Shown here: in pieces, positions 8,068 to 18,189 of the stretch | Numbering within the stretch: the first letter of the stretch is position 1 | Layout of the letters: the number at the start of each line of letters is the position of its first letter | DNA from: an uncultured Candidatus Saccharibacteria bacterium | GTDB taxonomy: Bacteria; Patescibacteriota; Saccharimonadia; Saccharimonadales; EFPC-124 | Direction of reading: 5' to 3' | NCBI GenBank assembly: GCA_964447105.1 | Contig: CAYURH010000002.1 | Span: 845 to 64,844, forward strand | Length of the DNA: 64,000 nucleotides | The notes under the pieces: generated by a model | What the model was told of the DNA's origin: nothing | Databases searched by the model: none | The model's input: only the letters and a program-made list of their open reading frames with translations | Program-made: the position numbers and the translations under genes

Positions 8068-9471
8068 ATGCAACTGTACAACACGCTCACTCGTAAGCTC
8101 GAAGCATTTACACCACAAACACCACCAGAGGTGAGTTTGTACACCTGCGGCCCAACTGTATATGACTACCAGCACATTGGCAACTACAGCGCTTACGTGC
8201 GGTGGGACACGCTCGTGCGGGCATTGCGCGAAAGCGGCTACGCCGTGGATTGGGTAATGAATATTACCGATGTGGGCCATTTGGTGAGCGACGCCGATGA
8301 AGGTGAGGACAAACTAGAAAAAGGCGCACGCCGAGAAGGCAAAACCGCCTGGGACGTTGCCGCATTTTATATGGATGATTTTATGATGGGCCTCAAAGCG
8401 CTCAACACACTGCCACCTACACATGTCGTTCGCGCTACCGACCACATTGCCGAGCAGGTCGAGCTTGTGAAAGTATTGGAACGTAAAGGCTATACATACA
8501 TCATCGACGACGGCGTATATTTTGACACAAGCAAATTCACCGGCTATGGCGCGCTGGCGCGCTTGGACATCAAAAACTTGCAGGCGGGCGCACGTGTTGA
8601 GCTGAATGCACAAAAACGCAATCCCACCGACTTTGCCCTCTGGAAATTCACCCCCGCCGGCCAAAAGCGCGACATGGAATGGGATAGCCCTTGGGGCGCG
8701 GGATTCCCAGGCTGGCACATCGAATGTTCAGCCATGGCTATGCGTTACCTCGGCGCTACACTCGACATTCACACCGGCGGCATCGACCACATACCCGTGC
8801 ACCATATCAACGAAATTGCGCAGTCCGAAGCTGCCACAGGCAAGCAGTTTGCCCACTACTGGCTACACTGCAACCACTTGATGGTAGAAGGATCCAAAAT
8901 CTCCAAAAGTTTGGGCAATGGAATTCTACTGCACGCACTCGACAAACAGGGCTTTAGTGGACTCGACGTCCGCATGCTATTGCTGCAGAGTCACTACCGC
9001 ACGCAAGCCAATTTCACTATGAACGGATTGGCTGCAGCCAGACAGCGCCGTCTATCACTGCAGGCTTTTGCAGATTTACGATTCCAGTTAGTAGACGGTG
9101 GGGAATTAAACGAATCAAGTTTGGTACAGACGCAGCGAGTTATCCTGGAAGAATTGCAAGAGGACTTGCACACGCCCGAAGCACTCGCGGCGCTCAGCGA
9201 CGTGGCTACTGCCGCCCTTACTGGTTTGGTAGACGTGAGCGCCAAGCAGGCGTTCGACGATTTCTTGGCATTTCTTGACCGCACGCTCGGCCTCAACCTG
9301 ACCGCCAGCCATGACATTAGCGATACTCAGCAAAAGTTAATTGCAGTACGCGATCAAGCGCGTGCCGAAAAAGATTTTGCGCGTGCCGATGAAGCTCGCG
9401 ACACATTAGCCGCCGACCATATCGAGCTCCGCGACACACCGCTCGGCACGGTGTGGAATCGGACTATCTAA
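8068..9471 (+). CDS. cysS: cysteine--tRNA ligase
   Basis: class I signatures HIGN and KISKS; start placed at MQLYNTLTRK (family-typical N-terminus) rather than the track start at 8023. Confidence 0.95.
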   Translation: MQLYNTLTRKLEAFTPQTPPEVSLYTCGPTVYDYQHIGNYSAYVRWDTLVRALRESGYAVDWVMNITDVGHLVSDADEGEDKLEKGARREGKTAWDVAAFYMDDFMMGLKALNTLPPTHVVRATDHIAEQVELVKVLERKGYTYIIDDGVYFDTSKFTGYGALARLDIKNLQAGARVELNAQKRNPTDFALWKFTPAGQKRDMEWDSPWGAGFPGWHIECSAMAMRYLGATLDIHTGGIDHIPVHHINEIAQSEAATGKQFAHYWLHCNHLMVEGSKISKSLGNGILLHALDKQGFSGLDVRMLLLQSHYRTQANFTMNGLAAARQRRLSLQAFADLRFQLVDGGELNESSLVQTQRVILEELQEDLHTPEALAALSDVATAALTGLVDVSAKQAFDDFLAFLDRTLGLNLTASHDISDTQQKLIAVRDQARAEKDFARADEARDTLAADHIELRDTPLGTVWNRTI

Positions 9472-10631
9472 GCTTTTTCGACTGACTTGATGAACTTGAA
9501 GATACCGCTGCGTTTGGGTTCTTTGCGAGCTTTACGATGCTCCAGGTAGTCAAGCACTAATACGCGCAAGCAACCAGCAATGGGGATGGCCACAATGCCA
9601 CCAGCAATGCCAAATAGGCCAATACCAATAATCACAGCCGCCAACACACTGAGCGCGCTCAGCGCCACAGTACGCGCTTGCACCAAGGGCTGGATAAAAT
9701 TGTTTTCGACTTGCTGATAGACAAAGAAATACACCAAAAAACTAAGCGCAGCTACCCAATCACTGAGTAGAAGCACCAGCGTGACAATAATAGCACCAAT
9801 GGTCGCGCCAATCACTGGCACCAAATCCGACAAGAAAATCACGCCCGCCAGCGGCACTACAGCATTGGTGGGTACTTGGAATACAGTGCTCAGGATAATC
9901 AACACCACCACACTCGCCAACGTCGCGATACCCGCCACCAACACTTGTCCACTCACATAGCTACTGACCACACGGCGCATTTTGGCCATGAGATTTTGGT
10001 GACGAGCAAGTTTCTCGGGGTCATCATAGAGACTCCATAGGCGCTGTTGCCATTTGGGGCCTTCCACCAGCATAAGGAAACTCAATACCAGCGTAGTGAT
10101 AAGTGTGACAAAACCACCAAAAATCGAAGTGATCCCGCCCACAATGGACGAACCAATACCACCAGCTATCCCTACTGCTTGGTTTTGTCCGGCCTCCACA
10201 ATATTATTGAGTTCGTCTTGCAGGTTATACGTCTTCACAAAATCGCTAATTGGCCCACGCTTTTCGCTCAAATCGCGAATGTAGTCGGGGATAGCAGAGA
10301 TAAACCGAGACGTTTGATCGATAGTAGGCGGCAGCGCCACATACAAAAACACGCCAACGATCGCCAGCACGACGAGATATGCGATTAGCGTGGCGCCCAC
10401 GCGACTCTGCCCTGGCAAGCGGCGTGCGATAGCCCCCACCGGCGTACTGAGCGCAATCGCCAGCAAGAACGCTACCAGTATGAGGGTGAGCGCCGCTTCT
10501 AGTTTCATAATCAGCAAACCAGCGCCAATAAATCCTGTGATAATGAGAAGGAGGCGAACAAATGTCTTTGTTTCGATATCAATCTTAATCTTCATGGCGT
10601 TCATTATGACGACATTATCCCTAGTACACAA
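9468..10631 (-). CDS. AI-2E family transporter (PerM/UPF0118-like permease)
   Basis: about 8 TM helices with family-typical layout; start uncertain (Met at residues 1, 10 and 13); the stop overlaps the cysS stop by 4 nt, convergently. Confidence 0.8.
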   Translation of the reverse strand: MCTRDNVVIMNAMKIKIDIETKTFVRLLLIITGFIGAGLLIMKLEAALTLILVAFLLAIALSTPVGAIARRLPGQSRVGATLIAYLVVLAIVGVFLYVALPPTIDQTSRFISAIPDYIRDLSEKRGPISDFVKTYNLQDELNNIVEAGQNQAVGIAGGIGSSIVGGITSIFGGFVTLITTLVLSFLMLVEGPKWQQRLWSLYDDPEKLARHQNLMAKMRRVVSSYVSGQVLVAGIATLASVVVLIILSTVFQVPTNAVVPLAGVIFLSDLVPVIGATIGAIIVTLVLLLSDWVAALSFLVYFFVYQQVENNFIQPLVQARTVALSALSVLAAVIIGIGLFGIAGGIVAIPIAGCLRVLVLDYLEHRKARKEPKRSGIFKFIKSVEKA

Positions 10632-10643
10632 GGGATAAGCACA

Positions 10644-11375
10644 TTACGCTTGGTCGATGTGCTTGAAATCGCTGGCGAGCAATCGGTCAAATGGCTTCCA
10701 AATCACCAGTGCTTTTTTGTGAGTGAGTGTCGCCAGTTTGGCCAGAATCAGCAACAGCAGGCTGAGGCCGGTGCACAAAAACGCCGCCACAATATGCAGG
10801 ACGACATTCTGTCCGTAATCGATAATCAGGATATACGACAGCGTGATGCAAAACAGCACCAACAACACAAACCATTCGTGGCTAAACACCGTGGCTTGCA
10901 ACAGTACCGATAGTTGTCCGCGGTTTTGCTGGTTGGCTACCAGCACGTCGCGAATTTTCTTTACTTGATCGGCGTCTTTGCCTTTGTAGTCAATGCAGTA
11001 GCGCAGCAGTTTCTCGTATTCCGCTTCACCCTGCGCGGGCTTGTGACTGCGCGCTGACGCACGTAAATAGTCGCGAGCACTGTCTTTGATGTGATGCTTC
11101 GTTTCCGCCGATAGGTCGTGCGCCAAAATAGCGATATTAAAAAACGTGATGGCTTCGTTGCGAATCGCTTTGGCAAGCTCATCGATACGCGTTTTCTGCC
11201 CAGCGAGAATTGGCCCCAAGTAAAAGGCCAGGAGGAACGAGTTGACAGAAAACAGTGTTAGCGGCCCGCCATCTAGTTTTTGCTTGGGCATCAGCGACAA
11301 AACGGTGATAAACAGCAAAAAGAAAATTGGATAATAATATGTCAGACGAATTTTCGACAAAAAGAATTTTTTCAT
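10644..11375 (-). CDS. hypothetical membrane protein (2 N-terminal and 2 C-terminal TM helices around a helical soluble core)
   Basis: long ORF with coherent hydrophobic segments; family not recognised. Confidence 0.7.
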   Translation of the reverse strand: MKKFFLSKIRLTYYYPIFFLLFITVLSLMPKQKLDGGPLTLFSVNSFLLAFYLGPILAGQKTRIDELAKAIRNEAITFFNIAILAHDLSAETKHHIKDSARDYLRASARSHKPAQGEAEYEKLLRYCIDYKGKDADQVKKIRDVLVANQQNRGQLSVLLQATVFSHEWFVLLVLFCITLSYILIIDYGQNVVLHIVAAFLCTGLSLLLLILAKLATLTHKKALVIWKPFDRLLASDFKHIDQA

Positions 11376-11411
11376 GTCATGAGCATAGCAACCGGCCGGT
11401 GGCTTGCCAAG

Positions 11412-12590
11412 CTACATAGCGCGAAAATCGCGCAACTCATCTGGCAAAAAACCATCACCGTGTTGGAAGTTGGCTCGCCATTTGTAGCCGCGATTATACC
11501 CAAGGTCTTTCATGAGCTTGGTCGGTGCGTTGCGCAGATGCAGCGGCACAGACGCTTCGGGAAAATCACGTGCCGCCTGCTTGGCTTTGCCCATAGCATC
11601 TGCTAACTGGCGCGATTTTTCGGCTTTGGCCAGCGCCGCAGCGCAGTGGAACAAATTATACTGGCACTCCGGCAAACCAATTCGTTCGACGGCCTGAAAT
11701 GTGGCCACGGCCATACCCAGCGCGCCATTGCCAGCCAAGCCAATGTCTTCGGAGGCAAATATCACCATTCGCCGGGCGATAAATTTAGGGTCCTCGCCAG
11801 CCTGAATCATACGTGCCAAATAATACAGCGTCGCGTTCACATCGCTCCCGCGCATGCTTTTTATAAACGCGCTGATCACGTTGTAGTGCATTTCGCCGGT
11901 TTTGTCATAACCCGGCAGACGGCGCTGAGCAGCAGTTTGCACCACATCTTTGGTGATTGTTTTCTTGCCGGCCAGTTGCATGGCCAGTTCGAGTGTGCCC
12001 AAAGCTATGCGCGCATCGCCGCCAGATAGTTCGGCGATCATATCCAAACTCTCGAGCGACAGACGCTTAGCGGCGATCTTCTCAGCTCGCGCAGCCCGCT
12101 GCACTATGTCGATAATATCTGGCTTGGCCAGCGGTTCTAGCACCACCACACGGCTACGCGACAGCAGCGGAGTAATGACTTCAAAACTAGGGTTCTCAGT
12201 AGTGGCGCCAATCAGTGTAATGAGTCCACTTTCAACATGTGGCAAAAAAGCGTCTTGCTGGGCTTTGTTAAAACGATGGATTTCGTCCACGAATAGCACC
12301 GTGGCGACACCACTTTCTTGATTATGCCGGGCGCGCTCTACCACTTGCATGACGTCGGCCTTTTTGGCTGTTACGGCGCTGATTTCTACAAAATCAGCCT
12401 TCATTTCGCGGGCGATTATCCGCGCCAACGTGGTTTTGCCGCTGCCTGGCGGGCCCCAAAACAGTAGCGAAAACGGCCGCTTTTGGGCGACCAGTTGTCG
12501 TAGTATCTTGCCTTCTGCAACCAAGTGCGGCTGGCCTACAACATCATCGAGTGTCTGTGGCCGCATGCGTTCAGCCAAAGGTTGTTGCAT
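11412..12590 (-). CDS. rarA: replication-associated recombination protein A (MgsA/RarA AAA+ ATPase)
   Basis: Walker A GPPGSGKTT, Walker B LFVDEIHRFNK, conserved MgsA C-terminal domain (YDxxGExHYNxISAFxKSxRGSD). Confidence 0.9.
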   Translation of the reverse strand: MQQPLAERMRPQTLDDVVGQPHLVAEGKILRQLVAQKRPFSLLFWGPPGSGKTTLARIIAREMKADFVEISAVTAKKADVMQVVERARHNQESGVATVLFVDEIHRFNKAQQDAFLPHVESGLITLIGATTENPSFEVITPLLSRSRVVVLEPLAKPDIIDIVQRAARAEKIAAKRLSLESLDMIAELSGGDARIALGTLELAMQLAGKKTITKDVVQTAAQRRLPGYDKTGEMHYNVISAFIKSMRGSDVNATLYYLARMIQAGEDPKFIARRMVIFASEDIGLAGNGALGMAVATFQAVERIGLPECQYNLFHCAAALAKAEKSRQLADAMGKAKQAARDFPEASVPLHLRNAPTKLMKDLGYNRGYKWRANFQHGDGFLPDELRDFRAM

Positions 12591-12663
12591 GTATTTATTA
12601 TACCCAACTATTGTAAATTACGTAAAACCATTGTATCGTACATATTACAACCACCTCAACTGA

Positions 12664-13008
12664 TTGGACAGTGGTATGTCGCAAGTTTTGCTGAGAACCG
12701 GAGAATTGGTCGACGAAGATACCGCTCTCAGTGTGATGGGGACGCTGGAGGGACTGGCCGCCAGACACCCCAAGGCTCTACGGGCGGCGCTGAGCGCCTG
12801 CTTGGACCCGGCGTCCCAGATGGACCGTGAGCAGGGAGCGATTCTACACAGTCGCCGCCTGCTGACACACTGGGATTACGCCGACGGCAGCTACCTGTTC
12901 TCCGACGACACGCGTCAGGTCATCCTGGCGGCACTGGAATCCGACGACGAAGGGGGAGTGACGCTCAACCTCGACCCCTACGCCCCAGATGACCAGCAGC
13001 CGGAGTGA
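12664..13008 (+). CDS. hypothetical acidic protein, about 110 aa (high-GC island A)
   Basis: only long ORF in a GC-rich segment, followed by a strong stem-loop; start ambiguous (TTG 12664 or ATG 12676). Confidence 0.55.
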   Translation: MDSGMSQVLLRTGELVDEDTALSVMGTLEGLAARHPKALRAALSACLDPASQMDREQGAILHSRRLLTHWDYADGSYLFSDDTRQVILAALESDDEGGVTLNLDPYAPDDQQPE

Positions 13009-13013
13009 CGATA

Positions 13014-13048
13014 CGCCCCGGGCGCAGCACGCGCCCGGGGCATCTTTT
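13014..13048. terminator. bidirectional stem-loop terminator between convergent genes
   Basis: 11-bp GC stem gccccgggcgc/gcgcccggggc followed by atctttta. Confidence 0.65.
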
Positions 13049-14258
13049 ATTTAGAGACAAATGTCAGCGCGTTGCCACGTTTGCCGCCACGGCCAGTACG
13101 GCCGATGCGGTGCACGTAGTCTTCGTAGCTATTGGGCTGGTCGAAGTTAATCACATGGCTGACGTTAGGAATATCCAAACCGCGAGCGGCTACGTCGGTA
13201 GCCACCAGTACTTGCAGCTTGTTTTTCTTGAATTCATCTAGCACGCGTTGGCGCTGGCCCTGCGATTTGTTGCCATGAATGGCACCAGCGGTAAAACCGC
13301 TTTTCGCTAGGCTGTCAGCCAGACGCTGCACACCCCATTTAGTTTCGCCAAACACGATCACTTTGTCGAAGTCGGGTTGGCGCAATAGGTCTTCGAGCAA
13401 CTCAACTTTGTGTTCTTTGGAAGCCGCACGTACAATGTTTTGTTCTACGTGGTCACTGGTTTCGCCGGTGCGCACCGATACTTTAAGAGGATTGTTCAAA
13501 ATGCCGTCTAGCAGGTGTTGAATGTCGGGTGTGATAGTTGCGCTAAAACACAGCGACTGGCGCTCGGTTGGTAATTTTTCGAGCAAAAAGCGGATATCGC
13601 GTATAAAACCCATGTCGAGCATGCGGTCAGCTTCGTCGAGCACCAACACATTGGCATTGCCTAGGCGCAGTTCACCCTGGTTTACCAAATCTTTCAGGCG
13701 GCCAGGGGTACCGATGACCATATGTGGGCCACGTTTGATCTGTTGGATCTGCGGACGAATGTTGACACCACCCACACACAATGCGCTGTAGAGTTGCATG
13801 CCTTTGCTAAATCCACGAAACGCTTCGTCGATTTGTTGAGCCAACTCGCGAGTCGGCGCTACAATCAATGCGCGCACACTCTCAGGATCTTGGCTAAGGC
13901 GCTGCAACAGGGGCAGCAAGAAAGCAGCGGTTTTGCCCGTACCGGTGTTGGCAAGGCCAATCAAGTCGCGGCCAGCCAAAATGGGCAAGATAGATGCATC
14001 TTGCACGGGGGTAGGATCGACGTAACCACTATTGACCACGTTGCGCTGCAGCGTAGGGCTAAAGTTAAAATCAGCAAATGAATGCTCGGGTACAAACGCC
14101 ACTTCTTCTTGAGCCGGCTTGGCTTGGTTGACGAAGCGGGTAGGGTCAATATATTGCGCGCCTCGTTTACGAACGGGGTTGCTTTGGGCAGTGCGCGGGG
14201 CGTTACGACGGCCACCAAACTGACTGCGGCGTCGCGTGCGAAAAGAGTTTTGATACAT
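13047..14258 (-). CDS. DEAD-box ATP-dependent RNA helicase
   Basis: Q-motif, ANTGTGKT, DEAD (VLDEADRM), SAT, HRIGRTGRGG. Confidence 0.92.
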   Translation of the reverse strand: MYQNSFRTRRRSQFGGRRNAPRTAQSNPVRKRGAQYIDPTRFVNQAKPAQEEVAFVPEHSFADFNFSPTLQRNVVNSGYVDPTPVQDASILPILAGRDLIGLANTGTGKTAAFLLPLLQRLSQDPESVRALIVAPTRELAQQIDEAFRGFSKGMQLYSALCVGGVNIRPQIQQIKRGPHMVIGTPGRLKDLVNQGELRLGNANVLVLDEADRMLDMGFIRDIRFLLEKLPTERQSLCFSATITPDIQHLLDGILNNPLKVSVRTGETSDHVEQNIVRAASKEHKVELLEDLLRQPDFDKVIVFGETKWGVQRLADSLAKSGFTAGAIHGNKSQGQRQRVLDEFKKNKLQVLVATDVAARGLDIPNVSHVINFDQPNSYEDYVHRIGRTGRGGKRGNALTFVSK

Positions 14259-14472
14259 GAATACCTTTCTTATGTCCTACGGTTCGCTAAAATTGGGATG
14301 AACAGCGAGAACTCGTAAAACCTCGGTATTCATCAGTAGGTTGTAAATACGATAACACAGAAGCGAAAAATATACAATACTTATGCTCCGCCCGTGTCAG
14401 CGTTTACTCAGTGACCATTACCATTTTCGTACATGTCATGGCATACTGGATGCATACGATTATAAATAAGGA

Positions 14473-15333
14473 ATGTATATGGACAATAATCCCCCTGGAC
14501 AACCACAATTCACGCCACCCGCGCCGGCACCATCGCCATTTGGCCCAGCGCCGGCACAGCAGCCTATGCAGCCCATGGCACCACCGCCTATGGCGAGTAA
14601 GCCAAAATCGAGAAAAGGTATCATCATTGCCATCTCTGCCATCATCGCCATTTTGACCATCGCCAGCGGCGGTTTCTGGTGGTGGATGACGCAAGCACAA
14701 AATGACTTCGCCAAAGCCAGCACCGCTTACGTGCAAAAAGCCAAAGACGCCTATGAATTTTATCGCGATAGCGGCAATCCATCATCCAAATCAACTGAGA
14801 TTTTGAAGAAATTCGACGACGCTATTGCCGCCAAACCTGCCGCACCTAGCCTGCTCGTGTTTGGTTCGTCCAGCATCGTTCAGCACAACAACCAGGTGTC
14901 CACAAGCCTAGCGAGCGTGCGTGATTCGTTTAACGTATACCATTCGTTCAAAGCTTATGGCGACTCTGTGGTAGAGATTGCCGGAAAAGCCTATGTATAC
15001 GTGTCCACCATCGAGGAATTGCGTACGGCCAAAACGGCATTTAACACGGCGGCCGCAGATTTACGCAAACTAGACATACCCAAAACTGCCGAAAAATTCA
15101 ACGAAGATCTGGCCAAGATATATGATCTCATGGCTACCGACATAGACGCAGCGCTCAAAGCCTACGATGCCGGCAACGAAACCAGCTACACTCAGGCAAT
15201 CAACAAACTCGCCACTGACGTGCAAAAAGCCAGCAGCAAGAACGTTGCCAACGACCTAAACGACATGTACGACGCCGCTTACAAAACACTTACCAAAAAC
15301 TACGACGACTTGGCCACTGTACTGGGTGAATAG
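14473..15333 (+). CDS. hypothetical membrane-anchored protein (Pro-rich N-terminus, one TM, helical ectodomain)
   Basis: ORF with a TM segment IIIAISAIIAILTIASGGFWWW; no family recognised. Confidence 0.7.
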   Translation: MYMDNNPPGQPQFTPPAPAPSPFGPAPAQQPMQPMAPPPMASKPKSRKGIIIAISAIIAILTIASGGFWWWMTQAQNDFAKASTAYVQKAKDAYEFYRDSGNPSSKSTEILKKFDDAIAAKPAAPSLLVFGSSSIVQHNNQVSTSLASVRDSFNVYHSFKAYGDSVVEIAGKAYVYVSTIEELRTAKTAFNTAAADLRKLDIPKTAEKFNEDLAKIYDLMATDIDAALKAYDAGNETSYTQAINKLATDVQKASSKNVANDLNDMYDAAYKTLTKNYDDLATVLGE

Positions 15334-15401
15334 CCCATATCCACCCCTGTAACACTCTGTTTGTTATACTGTCTACACGCCTACATGAGAGAGGAGTGGC
15401 G

Positions 15402-15992
15402 ATGACGCCGCTCGAAATCACCTGCCGCGCTCGGGGTCCCGGTGGCACAGACCTGGACAAAGTAACCCTGGCCACGGTGCGGCTTACCTATGCCGGCCAT
15501 GCTCAGGTGTACTGCCATTTTGAGTGCGCCACGCGAGAAATCGCGGAGAGGCTAGCGAAAATTTGGGCTAATTCGCCACCTCTCTACTTGATTCCGCTCG
15601 ATACTCCGACGGCTGCACCGTTGGTACGCGCAACTCAACTGAGCATACTGCCGGGATTCGAGTTGATACTCCAAAATATCGACTCAATCCTGGACAAGCT
15701 CGGCGTCCGCGACCCCTGGGTCTGGCAGTTCGCAACCGCAAGCGGGAGCAAGTTCCCCGTGACGATCAGCGGCAAGCGCGACCAACTGGTAGTGCCCTGG
15801 GCGGACGAGCCGGACCTCGAAGTCCTCAAGGCCGAGCTGCGTCGGCTCGGTATCACCCCTCAGCACGGCGTGACGTTCGAAAAAGAGGAAGGCAAACCGC
15901 CGGCCGTCTACGTCGTGTTGACCCATCACTGCCAACAGACATGGTGGTACTACATAGAGGTGGTGGGGGGCATCGTCGCCAGGTTCAAGTAG
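15402..15992 (+). CDS. hypothetical protein, 196 aa (high-GC island B)
   Basis: SD gagaggag 5 nt before ATG 15402; extended -10 tgttatact at 15362-15370; stem-loop immediately after the stop. Confidence 0.65.
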   Translation: MTPLEITCRARGPGGTDLDKVTLATVRLTYAGHAQVYCHFECATREIAERLAKIWANSPPLYLIPLDTPTAAPLVRATQLSILPGFELILQNIDSILDKLGVRDPWVWQFATASGSKFPVTISGKRDQLVVPWADEPDLEVLKAELRRLGITPQHGVTFEKEEGKPPAVYVVLTHHCQQTWWYYIEVVGGIVARFK

Positions 15993-15993
15993 G

Positions 15994-16027
15994 TTTTGCG
16001 CGGCCGGTCCTGGCTGGCCGCGCAAAA
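15994..16027 (+). terminator. stem-loop terminator
   Basis: 12-bp stem ttttgcgcggcc/ggccgcgcaaaa. Confidence 0.55.
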
Positions 16028-16305
16028 TCGCATCAAACCTCAAAATTACAAGACTGTCCAATCTGACCCAGCTTGATATACTGTGAATAGTCATGTGTGT
16101 GCTGGTGGCGCACCCACCTTCTTACATGCAGACCTTTATAAAATAGACCGGCCCTATGGTCGGTATTTTGCGCCAAAAGCACCAACCCTTTTGGCTACAT
16201 TAGCCTTCTGGTAGTGATAGCGGTGAACGGCCCGCACGTCGCGTACCCGGAATGCTCCTGTTATAAAACCCGTTCCTATACAAGCGGTAAACAGGAGGGC
16301 TCACC

Positions 16306-16560
16306 ATGAGTCGCAAAACAACAGTAAATGAGGCGATCAACATTAGCGCCTGGTACTTTACTCGCCAACTGACCACATACCCACGCCGTATGGAGTGGGG
16401 TGGCGCCAGTTACACTTTCCGCGATGGGCTGCAGTACTGCATCACCAAAGCCGGCGAAGTAACGCGCATATTTGACATGACGGACGGCCATCAGAGCTTC
16501 CGCCTAAAATGCGCTGGCGAATCCGACTGGACATTGGTGGCAATCACCGAGCACGCATAA
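16306..16560 (+). CDS. hypothetical protein, 84 aa
   Basis: SD aggagg 8 nt upstream; terminator at 16574-16606. Confidence 0.65.
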   Translation: MSRKTTVNEAINISAWYFTRQLTTYPRRMEWGGASYTFRDGLQYCITKAGEVTRIFDMTDGHQSFRLKCAGESDWTLVAITEHA

Positions 16561-16573
16561 GCGTCCAGGGTAG

Positions 16574-16606
16574 AATAACCGCACTGATTGCGGTTATTTT
16601 ATTTTG
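16574..16606 (+). terminator. rho-independent terminator
   Basis: 10-bp stem aataaccgca/tgcggttatt followed by ttatttt. Confidence 0.6.
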
Positions 16607-16640
16607 TGCAATACTGATGACATAGCGGGAGGGACAGCAC

Positions 16641-17156
16641 GTGCAGAAATACGGCATGCTCAGCATTATCGTTGGTGGTTTGGTAGGAGTTGGTATTATA
16701 GTGACCGTGGTGCTCAATCATGTCCAGCCAGCGCAACCCACCCCCACCAAAGACGATCAGCTATCATCGCAAACGCCCAAAACAGCGCAGAGCTCCGACA
16801 CTCCCGAAGACCTCACCTTTACCGGTGCCGTGAGTGGCCACATGACCAACGGCCGCACCGGTGACACATATACATGCGAGCCTACTACCACCGGGCCCAT
16901 TGTTGGCAATGTCGGGGGTAGCGACTACGCATTTAGTTACCGAGCCGAGACTGCCAAAGGAGCAGGCAGTTACCGCGCATACGCACAGATCAGCCCAGTC
17001 GGCGACAAGAGCGTCGTGTACGCTTCGGACAACATATTCATCACTATCAACCCCGACCGGCGCTCGGGTGTGGTGGAAGGGCAGTTACACAACCTAAAAG
17101 ACGTACTGCAAACGGTGACGGTCAGCGGTACATGGAATTGTCCGCCTGATTTTTAG
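16641..17156 (+). CDS. hypothetical secreted or anchored protein, 171 aa (GTG start)
   Basis: SD gggaggga upstream of the GTG; N-terminal TM/signal LSIIVGGLVGVGIIVTVVL. Confidence 0.65.
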   Translation: MQKYGMLSIIVGGLVGVGIIVTVVLNHVQPAQPTPTKDDQLSSQTPKTAQSSDTPEDLTFTGAVSGHMTNGRTGDTYTCEPTTTGPIVGNVGGSDYAFSYRAETAKGAGSYRAYAQISPVGDKSVVYASDNIFITINPDRRSGVVEGQLHNLKDVLQTVTVSGTWNCPPDF

Positions 17157-17158
17157 AG

Positions 17159-17187
17159 TTGAATTTATAGCATTTTTATGTTATAAT
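17159..17187 (+). promoter_or_regulatory. near-consensus promoter with extended -10
   Basis: ttgaat (17159-17164), 17-nt spacer containing tg, tataat (17182-17187). Confidence 0.5.
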
Positions 17188-17263
17188 ATTTTAAGTAATC
17201 CCCTTGGGCTTTGGCCCTTCGGGGAAAACGCCCTTTCCAGCGAATAACAGAGGTGAACTCGTA

Positions 17264-18118
17264 ATGACGCGTAACCGCTGGCATGTGCTCATCGCCATCC
17301 TGATAGCCATCACGATCGCAATCGCCGGATGGGCTTTCGGACAGAGTCTGCGCACCAAGCCGCAGGCCCAGGCCATTCCGTCGCCCAGTGTGGCAGCCCG
17401 GGTCGGCCCGAGCGCCGAGACGTCTCCATCCCCGCTGCCGTCGGTCGAACCGTCGCCGTCCGAGACGCCCGAACCCAGCATCAGCCCGAGTCCGTCGGCA
17501 TCGCCGTCGCCCAGTGCGACCCCGGTGTTCGATTTCTCGGGCGTGCCGTTCGACGCCGCGCAGACCTACGTGGTCGAGCGCACCAGCGGCAAGAGCAAGC
17601 AGCGGATCGGCATCGCCGTCGGTTCGCCGTCGCCGCACATGCAGATGGACGGGATGGGCACGATGTGCCTGGACCGCGCCACCAGCATGGTGCCGATCTA
17701 CATCAGCACCATCAGCACCGGGCCGACCATCCAGTGGCCGGTGCTGCGTGCGTCGGTGCTCACGCCCACCGCGCTGAGTTTCAAGCCCTCGATGGCGTGG
17801 AAGAACGACAGTGGCTACATGGGCTACTGCTCGAACTTCGACCCCGGCATCGGCGCCAATGCGGCTCCGAACGCCCCCACCCGCACGCACTACACCATCT
17901 ACGGAACCACGGCCGACACACAGGTCGTGCGGGCCGCGATGGCCGCGATGGGCGGGGTCGACATGCCGGCGCTCTACCTGCGCCTGGACGACTCGAACTA
18001 CAAGATCCTCCAGACCACCACCGACGTCGCCACCAACACTGGCGGTCAGGTGTACATCCGGCTGGGTCTGTACGACAAGTCGCCGTGCCAGGCGTTCAGC
18101 GGCCTCAAATGCCGCTGA
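17264..18118 (+). CDS. hypothetical membrane-anchored protein with a Pro/Ser-rich linker (high-GC island C)
   Basis: SD agaggtga before ATG 17264; TM VLIAILIAITIAIAGWAF; linker SPSPLPSVEPSPSETPEPSISPSPSASPSPS; terminator at 18147; chosen over four overlapping ORFs in other frames. Confidence 0.65.
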   Translation: MTRNRWHVLIAILIAITIAIAGWAFGQSLRTKPQAQAIPSPSVAARVGPSAETSPSPLPSVEPSPSETPEPSISPSPSASPSPSATPVFDFSGVPFDAAQTYVVERTSGKSKQRIGIAVGSPSPHMQMDGMGTMCLDRATSMVPIYISTISTGPTIQWPVLRASVLTPTALSFKPSMAWKNDSGYMGYCSNFDPGIGANAAPNAPTRTHYTIYGTTADTQVVRAAMAAMGGVDMPALYLRLDDSNYKILQTTTDVATNTGGQVYIRLGLYDKSPCQAFSGLKCR

Positions 18119-18146
18119 ACCTGAAGCACACAAGGAAAGGGATTTA

Positions 18147-18179
18147 CGCCGCACCGGCTCCGGTGCGGCGTTTCCTTTT
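18147..18179 (+). terminator. rho-independent terminator
   Basis: 10-bp stem cgccgcaccg/cggtgcggcg followed by tttcctttt. Confidence 0.65.
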
Positions 18180-18189
18180 GTATTTATAG

